A stretch of 45,453 bases of DNA from the sequence record SRR22947727_1803; one strand, given 5' to 3'. Both the position numbers and the translations under genes were made by a program. The notes beneath the pieces are model-generated. The model saw only the letters and a list, made by a program, of their open reading frames with translations. It was not told the DNA's origin and searched no databases. Shown piece by piece: positions 32,525 to 45,453 of the stretch (the stretch's first letter is position 1; every line of letters begins with the position of its first letter).

Positions 32525-34123
32525 ATGGAAACTAAGAATTTAATTATATTTGTTGTTTTATCTTTTTTAATATTGGCTTTTTTTGGACCTCAACCAGAAA
32601 AACAAGAAAATAAAACAATCAATGAGGCAACCGTTGAACAAGATAAATCTTTGCCAAGTGATTTAAAAAATAAAACTATTTCAACGGCTTTTAATTTAGA
32701 TAAGACTGACTATATTAAAGTAGAAACAGATATGTATGACCTCTCTATTAGTCTGGAGGGCGGTGATATAAGAAATTTATATTTAAAAAAGTACAAAGAT
32801 GATAACTCTGAAAATTATTATCAATTAATGACCGATGCAGCTGATCCATCGTTGTATATTGCTCAATCAGGATTATTAGGAAAATCTCTTCCAACACATA
32901 GAACTTTATATGAATCACCAGCGAGCTTATATAAAATGCAAGGGAAGGAGCTGCAGGTCCCACTAATTTTTGAAAACGAAAATTTTCTTGTAAAAAAAGT
33001 TTATACCTTTAAAGAAGGTTCTTATGAAATTGATACATCTTTTCAAATTTTAAACAAATCCCAAAAAAACATAACACCAACAGCTTATTTTCAACTTATT
33101 CATGATGGAGAATCGAATCAAGGTTCTGCGTTTATGCCAACCTTTACAGGTACGGCTTACTACACAAATAAAGATAATTTTCAAAAGATTAGTTTTGATG
33201 ATGTAGAAAGCACGGCTTTTAATTTAGACGCAAATAACGGTTGGATCGGTATAATCCAGCAGTATTTTGCCTCGTCATGGATTCTACCTAATAACCAGTC
33301 CAGAGAGTTTTTCTCTAAAAAAATTACATCTAATATCTACGCTTCTGGATTAAAAACAGGGCTTTCGGAAATTCTACCAGGAGAAACTCTATCATTTTCA
33401 GCTAAGCTTTATTCAGGCCCACAAGCGAAAGCATATTTAGAAAAGGCAGCGCCTGGTATGGAGCTAACAGTTGATTATGGTTGGTTGACCATATTAGCAG
33501 CCCCACTTTTTTCAGTATTATCAGCCATTCAAAAAGTTGTAATTAATTGGGGGGTCGCAATTATATTGCTTACTGTCTTAATTAAACTCCTATTTTATCC
33601 ACTAAGTGCTGCTAGTTATAAATCTATGGCACAAATGCGAGAGCTTGCGCCTCGACTACAAAGCATGAAAGATAAATTTGGTGACGATAAACAAAAGATG
33701 CAAAAAGCTATGATGGAATTATATAAAACTGAAAAGATTAACCCTTTAGGCGGATGTTTGCCGATTTTGGTTCAAATCCCTGTTTTTATTGCATTATATT
33801 GGGTCTTGTTAGGCTCAGTAGAGCTGAGAAATGCCCCATTTTTATACATAACAGATTTGTCCTCGAAGGACCCTTATTATTTATTACCTATTCTTATGGC
33901 TGCCTCAATGTTTGTTCAAACAAAGCTGAATCCTAAGCCTACTGATCCAATGCAAGCAAGATTAATGATGATGATGCCCATAATTTTTAGTATATTTTTC
34001 TTTTTCTTCCCAGCAGGATTAGTTTTATATTGGCTTATAAACAATTTGTTGTCTATGGCACAGCAATGGCATATCAACAGAAAAATTCATGCAGAAGCCT
34101 TAAAAAAGAAAGGCCATGCTTAA
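32525..34123 (+). CDS. yidC: membrane protein insertase YidC
   Basis: VDYGWL, NWGVAIILLT, NPLGGCLPILVQIPVF, FPAGLVLYW. Confidence 0.98.
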   Translation: METKNLIIFVVLSFLILAFFGPQPEKQENKTINEATVEQDKSLPSDLKNKTISTAFNLDKTDYIKVETDMYDLSISLEGGDIRNLYLKKYKDDNSENYYQLMTDAADPSLYIAQSGLLGKSLPTHRTLYESPASLYKMQGKELQVPLIFENENFLVKKVYTFKEGSYEIDTSFQILNKSQKNITPTAYFQLIHDGESNQGSAFMPTFTGTAYYTNKDNFQKISFDDVESTAFNLDANNGWIGIIQQYFASSWILPNNQSREFFSKKITSNIYASGLKTGLSEILPGETLSFSAKLYSGPQAKAYLEKAAPGMELTVDYGWLTILAAPLFSVLSAIQKVVINWGVAIILLTVLIKLLFYPLSAASYKSMAQMRELAPRLQSMKDKFGDDKQKMQKAMMELYKTEKINPLGGCLPILVQIPVFIALYWVLLGSVELRNAPFLYITDLSSKDPYYLLPILMAASMFVQTKLNPKPTDPMQARLMMMMPIIFSIFFFFFPAGLVLYWLINNLLSMAQQWHINRKIHAEALKKKGHA

Positions 34124-35465
34124 CGAAAGCTCAACAATTGCGGCTATATCCACAGCACAAGGAATAGGAGGTATTGGCGTAGTTCGTTTATCTGGTAAAG
34201 ATGCCTTAAAAATTGCCAAAAAAATATGTAATATTGATTTAACTCCTCGTAAAGTTTACACCTGCTCTTTTAAAGATAAAAAAAATACAACGCTAGATCA
34301 GGGTATTGCTATTCATTTCTCATCACCCGCTTCTTTTACAGGTGAGGACATTGTTGAATTACAAGGTCATGGGGGCAATGTAGTTCTTAATTTGATCTTA
34401 AATGCCTGCATATCTCATGGTGCAGAATTGGCACCACCCGGTGAATTTACAAAAAGGGCATTCTTAAATAATAAAATAGACCTTTCACAGGCAGAGTCTG
34501 TCGCAGATCTAATAAATGCCTCAACGGAGGCGGCGGCAAAAAGTGCAGTAAATTCCTTAAGAGGAGTTTTTTCTAATAAAATCAATAGCTTACTTAAAAA
34601 TCTCATTGAATTACGGGTGTTTGTTGAAGCATGTTTAGATTTTCCTGAAGAAGACATTAATTTTATCAATGAGGGCAATGTAAATAAAAAATTAGAAGGT
34701 TTAAAAAATAGTGTAATTGCAATCTTAGATGCTGCGCGACAAGGACAAATATTGAGAGATGGAGTAAAAGTTGTACTGATTGGTCAGGCTAATGTTGGTA
34801 AGTCTAGCTTAATGAATCTATTGGCAAATGAAAGCAAAGCAATTGTCACAGAAATACCAGGAACCACAAGAGATCCCATTAAAAGTGATATTAATATTAA
34901 AGGTGTTCCCATTCATCTGGTTGATACAGCCGGTTTAAGAGAAACTGATGATATTGTTGAAAAGTTAGGGATCGAAAAAACATGGGAAGCTATACATGAA
35001 GCTGACATTACTTTAATACTTGATGACGTTACTGATGCAAGCCAGAATTTCGAAGACAAATTTAAAAAAAAATTACCCAAAGGCCAATCAATTATTATTA
35101 AGAATAAAATAGATCTATTAAAACAAAAACCTTCAATAAATTATGAAAATGACGTACCTCATATATTTATATCTGCGAAGAAGGGAGACGGTATCCAGCT
35201 ACTCGAAAAAGAAATTCTTAAAATTGTTGGTAAAGACCACAAAGTAAGCCATAAAGAGGACATATTTATGGCGAGATCAAGGCATATTGATGCCCTTAAA
35301 AAAGTTAATGGTGCTATAAATAAAGCCATTAAAAACCTTGAAGCTCCAGAATTGGTGGCAGAAGAGCTAATGATTGCTCAAAAATCACTTAGCCAAATTA
35401 CAGGTGAATTTTCATCGGACGATTTGTTAGGTCAAATCTTTAGCCAATTTTGTATTGGCAAATAG
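34116..35465 (+). CDS. mnmE: tRNA modification GTPase
   Basis: SFTGEDIVELQGHG, GEFTKRAFLN, NVGKSS, GTTRD, DTAG, NKID, C-terminal FCIGK. Confidence 0.98.
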   Translation: MLNESSTIAAISTAQGIGGIGVVRLSGKDALKIAKKICNIDLTPRKVYTCSFKDKKNTTLDQGIAIHFSSPASFTGEDIVELQGHGGNVVLNLILNACISHGAELAPPGEFTKRAFLNNKIDLSQAESVADLINASTEAAAKSAVNSLRGVFSNKINSLLKNLIELRVFVEACLDFPEEDINFINEGNVNKKLEGLKNSVIAILDAARQGQILRDGVKVVLIGQANVGKSSLMNLLANESKAIVTEIPGTTRDPIKSDINIKGVPIHLVDTAGLRETDDIVEKLGIEKTWEAIHEADITLILDDVTDASQNFEDKFKKKLPKGQSIIIKNKIDLLKQKPSINYENDVPHIFISAKKGDGIQLLEKEILKIVGKDHKVSHKEDIFMARSRHIDALKKVNGAINKAIKNLEAPELVAEELMIAQKSLSQITGEFSSDDLLGQIFSQFCIGK

Positions 35466-35480
35466 GTTTCACGTGAAACT
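35465..35480. promoter_or_regulatory. parS site 1
   Basis: gGTTTCACGTGAAACt: perfect 14-bp palindromic core of the consensus TGTTTCACGTGAAACA. Confidence 0.9.
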
Positions 35481-35502
35481 TTTAACATTACCTTACTAAA
35501 AT

Positions 35503-35518
35503 TGTTTCACGTGGAACA
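35503..35518. promoter_or_regulatory. parS site 2
   Basis: TGTTTCACGTGGAACA matches the chromosomal parS consensus; parAB lies about 2.6 kb downstream. Confidence 0.93.
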
Positions 35519-35586
35519 ATGACATATCAATATTTCTTCAAATCCAGTAAAATTTAAGATTAATAGATTAATAAATTTGAAAAACT

Positions 35587-37491
35587 ATGGATTTTCCCAA
35601 AAAATTTGACGTAATAGTAATAGGAGGTGGCCATGCGGGGACAGAAGCTTCCCTTGCTTCAGCTCGTTTAGGAAAAAAAACCCTTTTATTGACTCATAAT
35701 ATTGAAACACTTGGTCAAATGTCATGTAATCCATCTATTGGTGGGATTGGCAAAGGTCATTTAGTCAAAGAAGTTGACGCAATGGGTGGCATCATGGCTC
35801 GCGCAGCAGATTATGCTGGAATACAGTTTAGAACACTTAATTCTAGTAAAGGTCCAGCAGTCAGAGCAACCAGAGCTCAGTCAGACCGTTTACTATATAA
35901 ATCATATGTTAGAAAAAGCTTGGAGAACCAGGATAACTTATGGTTATTTCAGCAATCTGTCGATGATGTTATTTTAAAAAATGAAGAAATCAAAGGCGTT
36001 GAGACTCAAATGGGTCTTAAATTTTATGCAAACAATGTCGTTCTAACGGCAGGAACTTTTCTGGGTGGATTGATTCATGTTGGTTTGGAAAATTATAATG
36101 CAGGTAGAGCAGGTGACCCATCATCAACAAGATTGGCAGCAAAATTAAAAGAGTTAAATTTACCTGTCGGACGACTAAAGACAGGCACTCCGCCGAGGAT
36201 TGATGGGAAATCAATTGATACATCGAAAATGATAGAGCAACCTGGAGATGTCCCAACACCTCACTTTTCTTTTATTAACCCAAAAATTCAACATCCTGAA
36301 CAAATTTCTTGTTGGATTACACATACAAATGAACATACACATGAAATAATTAAAAGTGGAATCGATAGGTCTCCTATGTATACAGGCGTAATAGAGGGGA
36401 TAGGCCCGAGATATTGCCCATCCATAGAAGACAAAATTCATCGGTTTGCTGATAAAGATTCACACCAAATATTTATAGAGCCAGAGGGGCTAACAACAAA
36501 TGAAATATACCCTAACGGTATATCAACGAGTTTGCCATTTGATATTCAATTGGATTTAGTAAGATCTATAAAGGGTTTGGAGAACGCACATATATTAAGA
36601 CCTGGATACGCCATTGAGTATGATTATTATGATCCGCGTGCTTTGAAGATGAGTTTAGAAACAAAAGATATAAAAGGCCTATTTTTTGCAGGGCAGATTA
36701 ATGGTACAACAGGCTATGAGGAAGCGGCAGCTCAAGGGCTTATAGCTGGAATGAATGCTGCATTGAGGGCACAAGGCAAAGAAAATTGGACACCGTCAAG
36801 AGAGGAATCTTACATTGGAGTAATGATAGATGACCTCATCACAAAGGGTGTTACAGAGCCTTATAGAATGTTTACAAGTAGAGCAGAATATCGCCTTTTA
36901 TTGAGGGAAGATAATGCGGATCAAAGGTTGACAGAAAAAGCGAGAGCAGTGGGCTTAATATGCGATGATCACTGGAAAAACTTTTCTGAAAAGCAAGCAT
37001 TAATAAATAAAGAAGAAGATAGATTAAAGAAATTGGTTATCAAACCAACCGATCTAAGAAAAGATGATCAGTTAAAAATAATTGGGCATCAACTAGAAAA
37101 AGATTATAAAGCCTTTGATTTATTGAAAAGGCCTAATGTAAATTATGGCGACCTTATTCATTTACTCAATGGATACAACACTATCAGACAAGACGTAGCA
37201 GAACAGATTGATATTCTTGCTAAGTATTCTGGGTATATTGTCCGACAGAAAGAGGAAATTAATAGAATAAAGGGCCAACTTAGTTTACAGATTCCTGAAG
37301 ATATTAAGTTTGATAAAATTCATGGCATTAGTACTGAAGCTAGACAACTTTTAACCCTTCACAGACCAGAAACGGTTGATCAAGCCTCTAGGATATCCGG
37401 CATAACGCCTTCAACTGTATCAATTTTATTGGTGTTTATTAAAAAAAATAGAGATAAATTAACAATAAAAAGGAAAGAAAAGATTGCTTAA
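35587..37491 (+). CDS. mnmG: tRNA uridine 5-carboxymethylaminomethyl modification enzyme
   Basis: [53 protein letters not shown]. Confidence 0.99.
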   Translation: MDFPKKFDVIVIGGGHAGTEASLASARLGKKTLLLTHNIETLGQMSCNPSIGGIGKGHLVKEVDAMGGIMARAADYAGIQFRTLNSSKGPAVRATRAQSDRLLYKSYVRKSLENQDNLWLFQQSVDDVILKNEEIKGVETQMGLKFYANNVVLTAGTFLGGLIHVGLENYNAGRAGDPSSTRLAAKLKELNLPVGRLKTGTPPRIDGKSIDTSKMIEQPGDVPTPHFSFINPKIQHPEQISCWITHTNEHTHEIIKSGIDRSPMYTGVIEGIGPRYCPSIEDKIHRFADKDSHQIFIEPEGLTTNEIYPNGISTSLPFDIQLDLVRSIKGLENAHILRPGYAIEYDYYDPRALKMSLETKDIKGLFFAGQINGTTGYEEAAAQGLIAGMNAALRAQGKENWTPSREESYIGVMIDDLITKGVTEPYRMFTSRAEYRLLLREDNADQRLTEKARAVGLICDDHWKNFSEKQALINKEEDRLKKLVIKPTDLRKDDQLKIIGHQLEKDYKAFDLLKRPNVNYGDLIHLLNGYNTIRQDVAEQIDILAKYSGYIVRQKEEINRIKGQLSLQIPEDIKFDKIHGISTEARQLLTLHRPETVDQASRISGITPSTVSILLVFIKKNRDKLTIKRKEKIA

Positions 37492-38101
37492 TGATAAAGC
37501 TCAACTAGAAGGCGGTATGGATAATTTAGGCTTTGAAATCATGCCTGAGAATATTAATAAACTATTGATTTATAAGGATTTATTACTAAAATGGAACAAG
37601 TCTATCAATCTAACTTCTATTAAAAATAAAGAGATAGTGACCCATCATTTTTTAGATTGTTTAGCAGTTATTCCTTTCATAAAATCTTCATCATTGCTTG
37701 ATGTTGGAACTGGCGCTGGGTTACCTGGAATTGTCATTGCAATTATAAAACCTGATATTAAAATAAGTTTAATTGATAAGGTTGGAAAGAAAATTGCCTT
37801 TATTAAGAGAGTTTTAGCTGAATTAGACATTAAAAATGTTCAAACTCACCACAGCAGAGTTGAATTAATGACCTCTGAAGAAAAATATGACGGTATTATA
37901 TCTAGAGCATTCTCAAACATGGGCGACTTTGTTCAAATAACCAAACACCTTTTAAAAAAGCAAGGAGTTTGGTATGGAATGAAAAGTAAAAAAATCTTGA
38001 ACGATGAGATGAAAGGTATAGATAACTCTTGGACTTTAGAAAGCCTTGATGTTCCTTTTTTAAAAGCTGAAAGATATTTAGTGAAGGTAACAAATTCATG
38101 A
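37484..38101 (+). CDS. rsmG: 16S rRNA m7G527 methyltransferase
   Basis: [33 protein letters not shown] start overlapping mnmG. Confidence 0.96.
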   Translation: MLNDKAQLEGGMDNLGFEIMPENINKLLIYKDLLLKWNKSINLTSIKNKEIVTHHFLDCLAVIPFIKSSSLLDVGTGAGLPGIVIAIIKPDIKISLIDKVGKKIAFIKRVLAELDIKNVQTHHSRVELMTSEEKYDGIISRAFSNMGDFVQITKHLLKKQGVWYGMKSKKILNDEMKGIDNSWTLESLDVPFLKAERYLVKVTNS

Positions 38102-38862
38102 AAATAATAGCAATTTCAAATCAAAAAGGAGGGGTAGGTAAAACTACAACGACCGTAAACTTAGCTGCATCCTTCGTTAATATGAAGAAAAAAGTATTGT
38201 TAATTGATCTTGACCCTCAAGGTAATGCAACCTCAGGCGGAGGCATTAATAAAAGTCAGATCCAACACTCAATATATGATGTATTAATAGGAGATATATC
38301 TTTAAACAAAACAATTTTAAAATCTGAGGAAAGTTTCTTTGATATTGCCCCAGCAAATCAAGATTTAGCGGGTGCAGAAATTGATTTAGTGGGTATCCAA
38401 GACAGAGAGTACATGCTCAAAAATGCGATCAACGCCTTAAAGAAAAGTTACGATTATATTTTAATAGATTGCCCACCAACATTGAATTTGCTAACGGTAA
38501 ATGCATTAGTAGCTGCAACGGCTGTGCTTATTCCCATGCAATGTGAGTATTACGCATTAGAGGGATTATCTGATTTAGTCAATACAATTAAAAGAGTAAA
38601 AAAACAGTTGAATCCCAAGATAGAAATTGAAGGCTTATTAAGAACCTTATTTGACAAGAGAAACACACTCGCACAGCAAGTATCTGACGAGTTGTCATCT
38701 CACTTTGGCTCAAAAGTTTATAAAACTATCATTCCAAGAAATGTTAGATTGGCAGAAGCGCCTAGTCATGGAAAGGCCGCTTTGTTTTATGATAAATCTT
38801 CTAAGGGGGCAAAAGCATATTTAGCTTTGGCTGAAGAAATGTTAAGAGGGAACGCATTATGA
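38098..38862 (+). CDS. parA: chromosome partitioning ATPase
   Basis: NQKGGVGKTTT, DLDPQGNAT, IDCPP, QCEYYALEG, IPRNVRLAEAPSHG. Confidence 0.98.
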   Translation: MKIIAISNQKGGVGKTTTTVNLAASFVNMKKKVLLIDLDPQGNATSGGGINKSQIQHSIYDVLIGDISLNKTILKSEESFFDIAPANQDLAGAEIDLVGIQDREYMLKNAINALKKSYDYILIDCPPTLNLLTVNALVAATAVLIPMQCEYYALEGLSDLVNTIKRVKKQLNPKIEIEGLLRTLFDKRNTLAQQVSDELSSHFGSKVYKTIIPRNVRLAEAPSHGKAALFYDKSSKGAKAYLALAEEMLRGNAL

Positions 38863-39731
38863 AAAATAGAGGGTTAGGAAGGGGCTTAGATGCACTATTA
38901 AACAATGATGAGATTAGTCAATCTACAACTAGTGATAATTCAAATTTATTGGCCGTTGAAAAACTTGTCTCAGGGCAGTTCCAGCCAAGGAAAATTTTTA
39001 ATCAGGACTCACTTAAAGAACTCGCTGAATCAATAAAAGCTCAAGGTATTATTCAGCCAATTCTTGTAAGGATGGTATCAAGTGATCAATATGAAATCGT
39101 TGCAGGTGAAAGAAGATGGCAAGCTGCAAAAATGGCAAATCTCAAAGAAGTGCCAGTTGTTATAAAAGATATATCAGATTCAACCGCATTAGCTATGGCT
39201 TTAATTGAAAATATTCAACGAGAAGATTTGAATGTTATTGAAGAGGCAAGAGGCATTAAGCGTTTGATTGATGAATCTAAAATCACACACGAGGAAGCTG
39301 CCGAAGCGTTAGGTAAATCTCGAACTGCTGTATCAAATATTTTAAGATTGTTAAATTTATGTGAACATGCCCAAAAGGCATTGGAGACTAAGAAGATAGA
39401 GATGGGCCATGCCAGGGCGATTCTTTCTTTAAGCTCAATAGATCAAACTTTGATGTGTCAAAAAATAGTTAACCAAAAACTTTCGGTTAGAGAAGTTGAA
39501 AAAGAAGTTTTAGCCGGCACAACAAAAAAAACTTCTCCAAAGCAATCAAAAGATAATGATATTAAACGTTTGGAAAATGAATTGTCTGAGAGATTTGGAA
39601 ATACTATAACGATAAACCATAAAGAATCTGGGAAAGGTCTTCTAAGTTTTAAGTATGCAAATTTAGATGAACTAGACAAAATTATTGCTAACTTAAAATT
39701 ATTAACCTGGAAAAACTTGACGAAAAAGTAA
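38859..39731 (+). CDS. parB: chromosome partitioning protein
   Basis: GLGRGLDALL, QPR, AGERRWQA, ENIQREDL, HTH with SRTAVSNILRLL, GHARA. Confidence 0.98.
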   Translation: MKNRGLGRGLDALLNNDEISQSTTSDNSNLLAVEKLVSGQFQPRKIFNQDSLKELAESIKAQGIIQPILVRMVSSDQYEIVAGERRWQAAKMANLKEVPVVIKDISDSTALAMALIENIQREDLNVIEEARGIKRLIDESKITHEEAAEALGKSRTAVSNILRLLNLCEHAQKALETKKIEMGHARAILSLSSIDQTLMCQKIVNQKLSVREVEKEVLAGTTKKTSPKQSKDNDIKRLENELSERFGNTITINHKESGKGLLSFKYANLDELDKIIANLKLLTWKNLTKK

Positions 39732-39745
39732 AATAAAGAGAAAAT
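39717..39745 (+). promoter_or_regulatory. possible sigma70 promoter for the atp operon
   Basis: TTGACG-N17-GAAAAT overlapping the end of parB. Confidence 0.4.
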
Positions 39746-39817
39746 TGCGAGCTTTGGTATTATTAAATTCGTTGGTTCAGTTGGAATTAAAATGAAGAAG
39801 TTTTCTAATATATATTT

Positions 39818-40198
39818 ATGGCTTTATTAAAAAGTATTCCAACAGAAGTAATAGATATGATGAAAAAGCTTCATATCATTGTATTGGTAGTCGCTTTAAT
39901 AGTTTTCTTTATATCAGGTTTCGCAGCAGCATTATCAGTTATATTGGGAGCATTGTGTGTCACTTTAGGCATCATAATCTCATCCCCTATTGCTTATAAG
40001 GCCAAAGGAGATGTTAAAGCATCAAAAATAGTGACGGATGCATTAAAGGGAGAATTAGTTAAAATTTTAACTATTGTTGTTACTTTAGCTGGATTATTTA
40101 TTTTTATAACAGCAATAGTACCTATATTTATAATTTTAGGTTTAGCAATAGCAGCAATTTTTTCTGGTATGGCAATATCAAAAGTAGATATTAAATAA
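39818..40198 (+). CDS. atpI: ATP synthase protein I
   Basis: Four TM helices, GELVK motif, directly before atpB. Confidence 0.85.
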   Translation: MALLKSIPTEVIDMMKKLHIIVLVVALIVFFISGFAAALSVILGALCVTLGIIISSPIAYKAKGDVKASKIVTDALKGELVKILTIVVTLAGLFIFITAIVPIFIILGLAIAAIFSGMAISKVDIK

Positions 40199-40223
40199 GT
40201 TAATAAAGGGTTTAAATAGAAAA

Positions 40224-41030
40224 TTGGCAGATAGCGCATACAACACTCCATCAGATTATATTGGGCACCATTTATCCAATAACACTTATGCACTGAGTGA
40301 TCACGATCTCATGATTCTCCATGTTGATTCTGTAGTGATGGCAATTATTATTGGTATTTTTTCGATAGGTTTGATTTGGTTAGTTGCCCGTAAGGCAACT
40401 TCATCGGTTCCAACAAAAACACAAGCTTTTGTTGAGTTAATATTTGGTTTTATTGATAGCCAGGTCTCGGCAATCTTTCATGGTAATCGCCATACATTTG
40501 TTGCACCAGCAGCACTCACTGTATTTTTATGGGTCCTAATGATGAATGCAATGGATTTCCTTCCTATAGATATAATGTCAAAATTTTATGGTTTTCTTGG
40601 TTTACATGAATGGAAGCATGTTCCAACTTCAGATGTGAATACAACATTTGGTTTAGCATTAGGTGTATGGTTTTTAATGATATTTTTTGGAATAAAAGCA
40701 AAAGGATTGAGAGGCTGGCTTCATGAATTTTTTTGTGAGCCATTTGGTGCCAAGATATGGGTTTGGCCAGCAAATTTTTTATTTAACCTAATCGAATATG
40801 TTTCAAAACCTCTTTCTCATTCGCTTCGATTATTTGGTAACATGTATGCCGGCGAAGTAATTTTTTTACTTTTAGGTTTGTGGGCAGCAACAGGAGTTTC
40901 TGGAATATTTTTTAGCTCAATATTAGGTGCTGGCTGGGCAATATTTCATATTCTAATCGTGGTTCTACAGGCATATATTTTTATGATGTTAACGGTAGTT
41001 TATTTAGCAATGGCTCAAGAAGGACATTAA
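40224..41030 (+). CDS. atpB: ATP synthase F0 subunit a
   Basis: [45 protein letters not shown] start. Confidence 0.98.
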   Translation: MADSAYNTPSDYIGHHLSNNTYALSDHDLMILHVDSVVMAIIIGIFSIGLIWLVARKATSSVPTKTQAFVELIFGFIDSQVSAIFHGNRHTFVAPAALTVFLWVLMMNAMDFLPIDIMSKFYGFLGLHEWKHVPTSDVNTTFGLALGVWFLMIFFGIKAKGLRGWLHEFFCEPFGAKIWVWPANFLFNLIEYVSKPLSHSLRLFGNMYAGEVIFLLLGLWAATGVSGIFFSSILGAGWAIFHILIVVLQAYIFMMLTVVYLAMAQEGH

Positions 41031-41054
41031 TTTTTTTAACTTTAAAGGAAGTAA

Positions 41055-41330
<276 letters not shown>

Positions 41331-41375
41331 ATTTTTAATCAAATTACATAGAAACTTTTTAATTACGAGGTAAAA

Positions 41376-41846
41376 ATGAATCTTAATTTCACATTAATTG
41401 CTCAGGCAATAGCATTTGCAATTCTTATATGGTTCACCATGAAATTTGTTTGGCCTCCTCTTCTTAAAGCAATTGAAAAAAGACAAAAAGAAATTGCTGA
41501 TGGATTAGCTGCTGCACAGGAAGGCAAACTTTCTTTGGAAGTAGCGGCAGAAAAAAATGCTGCTTCTTTAAAAGAAGTAAAGCAAAAAAGTGCTGAAATT
41601 GTAAATCAAGCTGAAAAAAGAGCTTCAGAAATTGTTGAGTCAGCAAAAAAGGTAGCCAAGGAAGAAGGCGATAGAATTATTGCAAGTGCAAAGTCTGAAA
41701 TTGATCAAGAAATAAATAGAGCCAAAGAAGAACTTAGGGCACAAGTATCAACTTTAGCTATCTCAGGTGCTGAGAAAATTCTAACTAAAGAAATTGATAA
41801 AAAAGTGCATGCAGACATGTTGTCGAAGCTTGCAAAGGATTTATAA
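41376..41846 (+). CDS. atpF: ATP synthase F0 subunit b
   Basis: [25 protein letters not shown]. Confidence 0.98.
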   Translation: MNLNFTLIAQAIAFAILIWFTMKFVWPPLLKAIEKRQKEIADGLAAAQEGKLSLEVAAEKNAASLKEVKQKSAEIVNQAEKRASEIVESAKKVAKEEGDRIIASAKSEIDQEINRAKEELRAQVSTLAISGAEKILTKEIDKKVHADMLSKLAKDL

Positions 41847-41851
41847 ATTAA

Positions 41852-42388
41852 ATGGCTGAAATTTCAACAATTGCTAGACCATATGCTTCAGCTTTGTTTA
41901 ACCTTGCTAAAGAAAAAAAATGTTTAGATGAGTGGTCAAAAATGTTGGACTTGTTAAGTAATATTGTTTTAGATCCTCAAGCAAAAACTTTTATTTCAGA
42001 CTCAAAAATTTTGGATTCTGAAAGAGAGAAAGTAATTTTAGAGCTTTGCAAAGGGAAAATTGATCAGAATATTGAAAATTTTATTAAATTGTTGATAGAA
42101 AATAAAAGATTATTAGTTTTACCTGATATTGCTAAATTTTATCAAGAATTGAAAGATGAAGACGAGGGAGTTGTAGAAGCACAAATAATAGTGGCAGAAA
42201 AACCAACACAAAAAATAGTTGATGATTTAATTAAAAGTTTAGAAAAAAGATTTAATAAAAAAATAGAGGGAAAAGTAGAAATTAACAAGAGCATTCTTGG
42301 CGGTACAAAGATTATTGTTGGTGATACCGTTATAGATGCATCAGTCCGTGGGCAATTAGATAATTTAGCCTATAAATTAAAGGCTTAA
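41852..42388 (+). CDS. atpH: ATP synthase F1 subunit delta
   Basis: TIARPYA, ENKRL, GDTVIDASVRGQL. Confidence 0.98.
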   Translation: MAEISTIARPYASALFNLAKEKKCLDEWSKMLDLLSNIVLDPQAKTFISDSKILDSEREKVILELCKGKIDQNIENFIKLLIENKRLLVLPDIAKFYQELKDEDEGVVEAQIIVAEKPTQKIVDDLIKSLEKRFNKKIEGKVEINKSILGGTKIIVGDTVIDASVRGQLDNLAYKLKA

Positions 42389-42402
42389 TTTAGGAGATAT
42401 TA

Positions 42403-43944
42403 ATGCAGTTATCAACATCAGAAATTAGTGAACTTATAAAAAATAGAATCAAAGATTTTTCTTCAAGTTCTGAGGCTAGAACACAGGGAACAGTTGTTTC
42501 AGTTACAGATGGTATTGTCCGTATACATGGACTATCTAATGTAATGTCGGGTGAAATGATTGAATTCCCAGGTAATACTTTTGGGTTAGCTTTAAACTTG
42601 GAAAGAGATTCTGTTGGTGCGGTTGTATTAGGTGATTATGAGCATATAACCGAGGGAGATACTTGTAAATGTACAGGTAAAATTCTTGAAGTTCCTGTAG
42701 GCCCAGAACTACTCGGGCGCGTTGTTGATGCTCTTGGCATGCCAATTGATGGAAAGGGACCAATTAAAACAAAACTTACTGACAAAATTGAAAAAGTTGC
42801 TCCAGGTGTTATTGACAGGCAGTCTGTTTCTCAACCAGTTCAAACAGGATTAAAGTCGGTTGATTCAATGGTTCCTATTGGAAGAGGTCAGCGAGAATTA
42901 ATTATTGGAGACAGACAAACAGGAAAAACTGCAGTAGCCGTTGATGCCATTATTAACCAAAAGGGACAAGACATGAAATGTGTTTATGTCGCTATAGGGC
43001 AGAAAGCTTCAACAATTATGAATGTTGTAAAAAAGTTAGAAGAAAATGGTGCAATGGAATATACAACAGTTGTGAGTGCATCAGCTTCAGATTCTGCTGC
43101 TCTTCAATTTTTAGCGCCTTACGCCGGATGTACAATGGGCGAATTTTATAGAGACCGAGGTGAGGATGCATTAATTGTTTACGATGATCTTACAAAACAA
43201 GCGATTGCTTATAGGCAAATATCGTTATTACTAAGACGACCTCCTGGTCGTGAGGCATATCCAGGGGATGTTTTTTATATTCATTCCAGACTTCTTGAAA
43301 GAGCGGCAAGAGTTAATGCTGAATATGTAGATAAATTTACCAAAGGAAAAGTTAAAGGTAAAACAGGTTCATTAACAGCATTACCTGTTATTGAGACAGC
43401 TGCGGGCGATGTTTCTGCATTTGTTCCAACTAACGTTATTTCAATTACTGATGGCCAAATATTCTTGGAAAGTGATCTATTTAATGCGGGAATACGTCCT
43501 GCAATCAATGCTGGTATTTCAGTATCCCGTGTGGGGGGCGCTGCACAAACCAAAGTTATTAAAAAACTAGGTGGCGGGGTTCGATTAGCTTTAGCGCAAT
43601 ACAGAGAATTAGCTGCTTTTGCTCAATTTGCGTCAGACCTTGACGAAGCTACAAGGAAACAATTAGATCGAGGCCGCATGTTTACTGAGTTGATGAAACA
43701 GGCGCAATATGCACCTCTTACTGTATCTAATATGGCTGTGACTTTATTAACAGCAAACAACGGTTATTTTGATGATGTCCCAACTGAAAAAGTATTAGCA
43801 TTTGAGGGAGCCTTGCATGGATTTATGTCTTCAAAATATAAAAAGGTAATGGATGATATTGAATCTTCATTGGAACTTAGCGAAGACAATGAAAAGAAAG
43901 TGGTTAAAGCAATTGAAGATTTTAAAGCGACAAGTACTTATTAA
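42403..43944 (+). CDS. atpA: ATP synthase F1 subunit alpha
   Basis: [45 protein letters not shown]. Confidence 0.99.
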   Translation: MQLSTSEISELIKNRIKDFSSSSEARTQGTVVSVTDGIVRIHGLSNVMSGEMIEFPGNTFGLALNLERDSVGAVVLGDYEHITEGDTCKCTGKILEVPVGPELLGRVVDALGMPIDGKGPIKTKLTDKIEKVAPGVIDRQSVSQPVQTGLKSVDSMVPIGRGQRELIIGDRQTGKTAVAVDAIINQKGQDMKCVYVAIGQKASTIMNVVKKLEENGAMEYTTVVSASASDSAALQFLAPYAGCTMGEFYRDRGEDALIVYDDLTKQAIAYRQISLLLRRPPGREAYPGDVFYIHSRLLERAARVNAEYVDKFTKGKVKGKTGSLTALPVIETAAGDVSAFVPTNVISITDGQIFLESDLFNAGIRPAINAGISVSRVGGAAQTKVIKKLGGGVRLALAQYRELAAFAQFASDLDEATRKQLDRGRMFTELMKQAQYAPLTVSNMAVTLLTANNGYFDDVPTEKVLAFEGALHGFMSSKYKKVMDDIESSLELSEDNEKKVVKAIEDFKATSTY

Positions 43945-43957
43945 AATAGGAATTTAA

Positions 43958-44824
43958 ATGGCAGGAAGTAAAGAAATACGGACAAAGATTAAAAGTGTAG
44001 AAAATACACGTAAAATCACAAAAGCGATGGAGATGGTTGCTGCATCTAAAATGCGTAAAGCGCAAGATAGAATGACAGCGGCTAGACCTTATGCAGAAAA
44101 AATTAGGTCTGTTGCGGCCCATCTTTCTCATGCACAGTCTGAGTATAAACATCCATTTATAATTCAAAGAGAAAATATTAAAAATATAGGCATTATCGTA
44201 GTGACATCAGACAAAGGACTATGCGGAGGTCTTAATACAAATGTATTGAGGACTTCAATTTCGCAGATTAAGGATTGGGAAAAACAAGGTAAGAAGGTAC
44301 AGGTTTCAGCAATTGGAACGAAAGCGATAAGTTTTATGGGTCGTGTTGGAGCAAATATCAAATCGCAAGTTTCAGGTATGGGGGATACACCTCATATGGA
44401 TGATTTACTTGGTGCAATCAAAGTTATGCTAGATGCCTATGTTGCAGGAGAAATTGATCAACTTCATATTTGTTATACAAAGTTTATTAATACAATGAAA
44501 CAAGAACCAAATATGGAGCAGTTACTTCCATTATCAGGTGATAAGAGTGAGACTCCAGAAAGTGCTTGGGATTATATTTATGAGCCTGATGCAACTTTAG
44601 TTATAGATGCATTGCTATCCAGATATATTGAAACGCTCATCTACCATGGAGTTGCAGAAAATATGGCTTCAGAACAATCGTCTAGAATGGTTGCAATGAA
44701 AGCAGCATCGGATAATGCGGGAAATGTTATTGATGAATTGACTTTGGTTTATAACAAAGCAAGACAAGCAGCAATTACGAAGGAAATATCTGAAATAGTT
44801 GGCGGTGCAGCAGCTGTTTCTTAA
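43958..44824 (+). CDS. atpG: ATP synthase F1 subunit gamma
   Basis: [38 protein letters not shown]. Confidence 0.99.
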   Translation: MAGSKEIRTKIKSVENTRKITKAMEMVAASKMRKAQDRMTAARPYAEKIRSVAAHLSHAQSEYKHPFIIQRENIKNIGIIVVTSDKGLCGGLNTNVLRTSISQIKDWEKQGKKVQVSAIGTKAISFMGRVGANIKSQVSGMGDTPHMDDLLGAIKVMLDAYVAGEIDQLHICYTKFINTMKQEPNMEQLLPLSGDKSETPESAWDYIYEPDATLVIDALLSRYIETLIYHGVAENMASEQSSRMVAMKAASDNAGNVIDELTLVYNKARQAAITKEISEIVGGAAAVS

Positions 44825-44870
44825 AATTATTAATCAACTTTAAATATTAAATAAAGTAAGGATAAATTAA

Positions 44871-45453
<583 letters not shown>

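Noticed and set aside
40224-40226. TTG start of atpB (also rsmG TTG and argS GTG)
   Set aside because: Alternative start codons are common and do not indicate pseudogenisation.

Overview
AT-rich, very compact bacterial chromosome segment that spans the replication origin. Gene content and protein sequences are betaproteobacterial and look like a streamlined Methylophilaceae (OM43-like) genome; this is an inference from sequence style, not a database hit. Left to right: the 3' end of a radical SAM-like gene, a lipoprotein PQQ-dependent dehydrogenase, a plsC-like gene, yjcH-actP and msrB; a minus-strand run priA-thiD-thiE-hemL-gltB-gltD-hemE; argS-SPOR-dsbA; a ~2.4 kb accessory patch; then dnaA-[oriC]-dnaN-gyrB-oxyR-pntAa-pntAb-pntB on the minus strand and rpmH-rnpA-yidD-yidC-mnmE-[2 parS]-mnmG-rsmG-parA-parB-atpIBEFHAG-atpD(partial) on the plus strand. 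The accessory patch holds an alternative oxidase fused to a DUF3293-like domain, three small membrane proteins, a TIGR03643-like gene and a candidate sRNA. No rRNA, tRNA, CRISPR or mobile element was seen. Most of the window is ordinary housekeeping. The best leads are: (1) the AOX-DUF3293-like fusion; (2) a PQQ enzyme with a rewired metal/catalytic site (WGYD motif, no canonical Glu, acidic insertion); (3) a minus-strand hairpin RNA exposing an anti-Shine-Dalgarno loop; (4) a clearly readable oriC with DnaA boxes, an IHF site and DnaA-trios.
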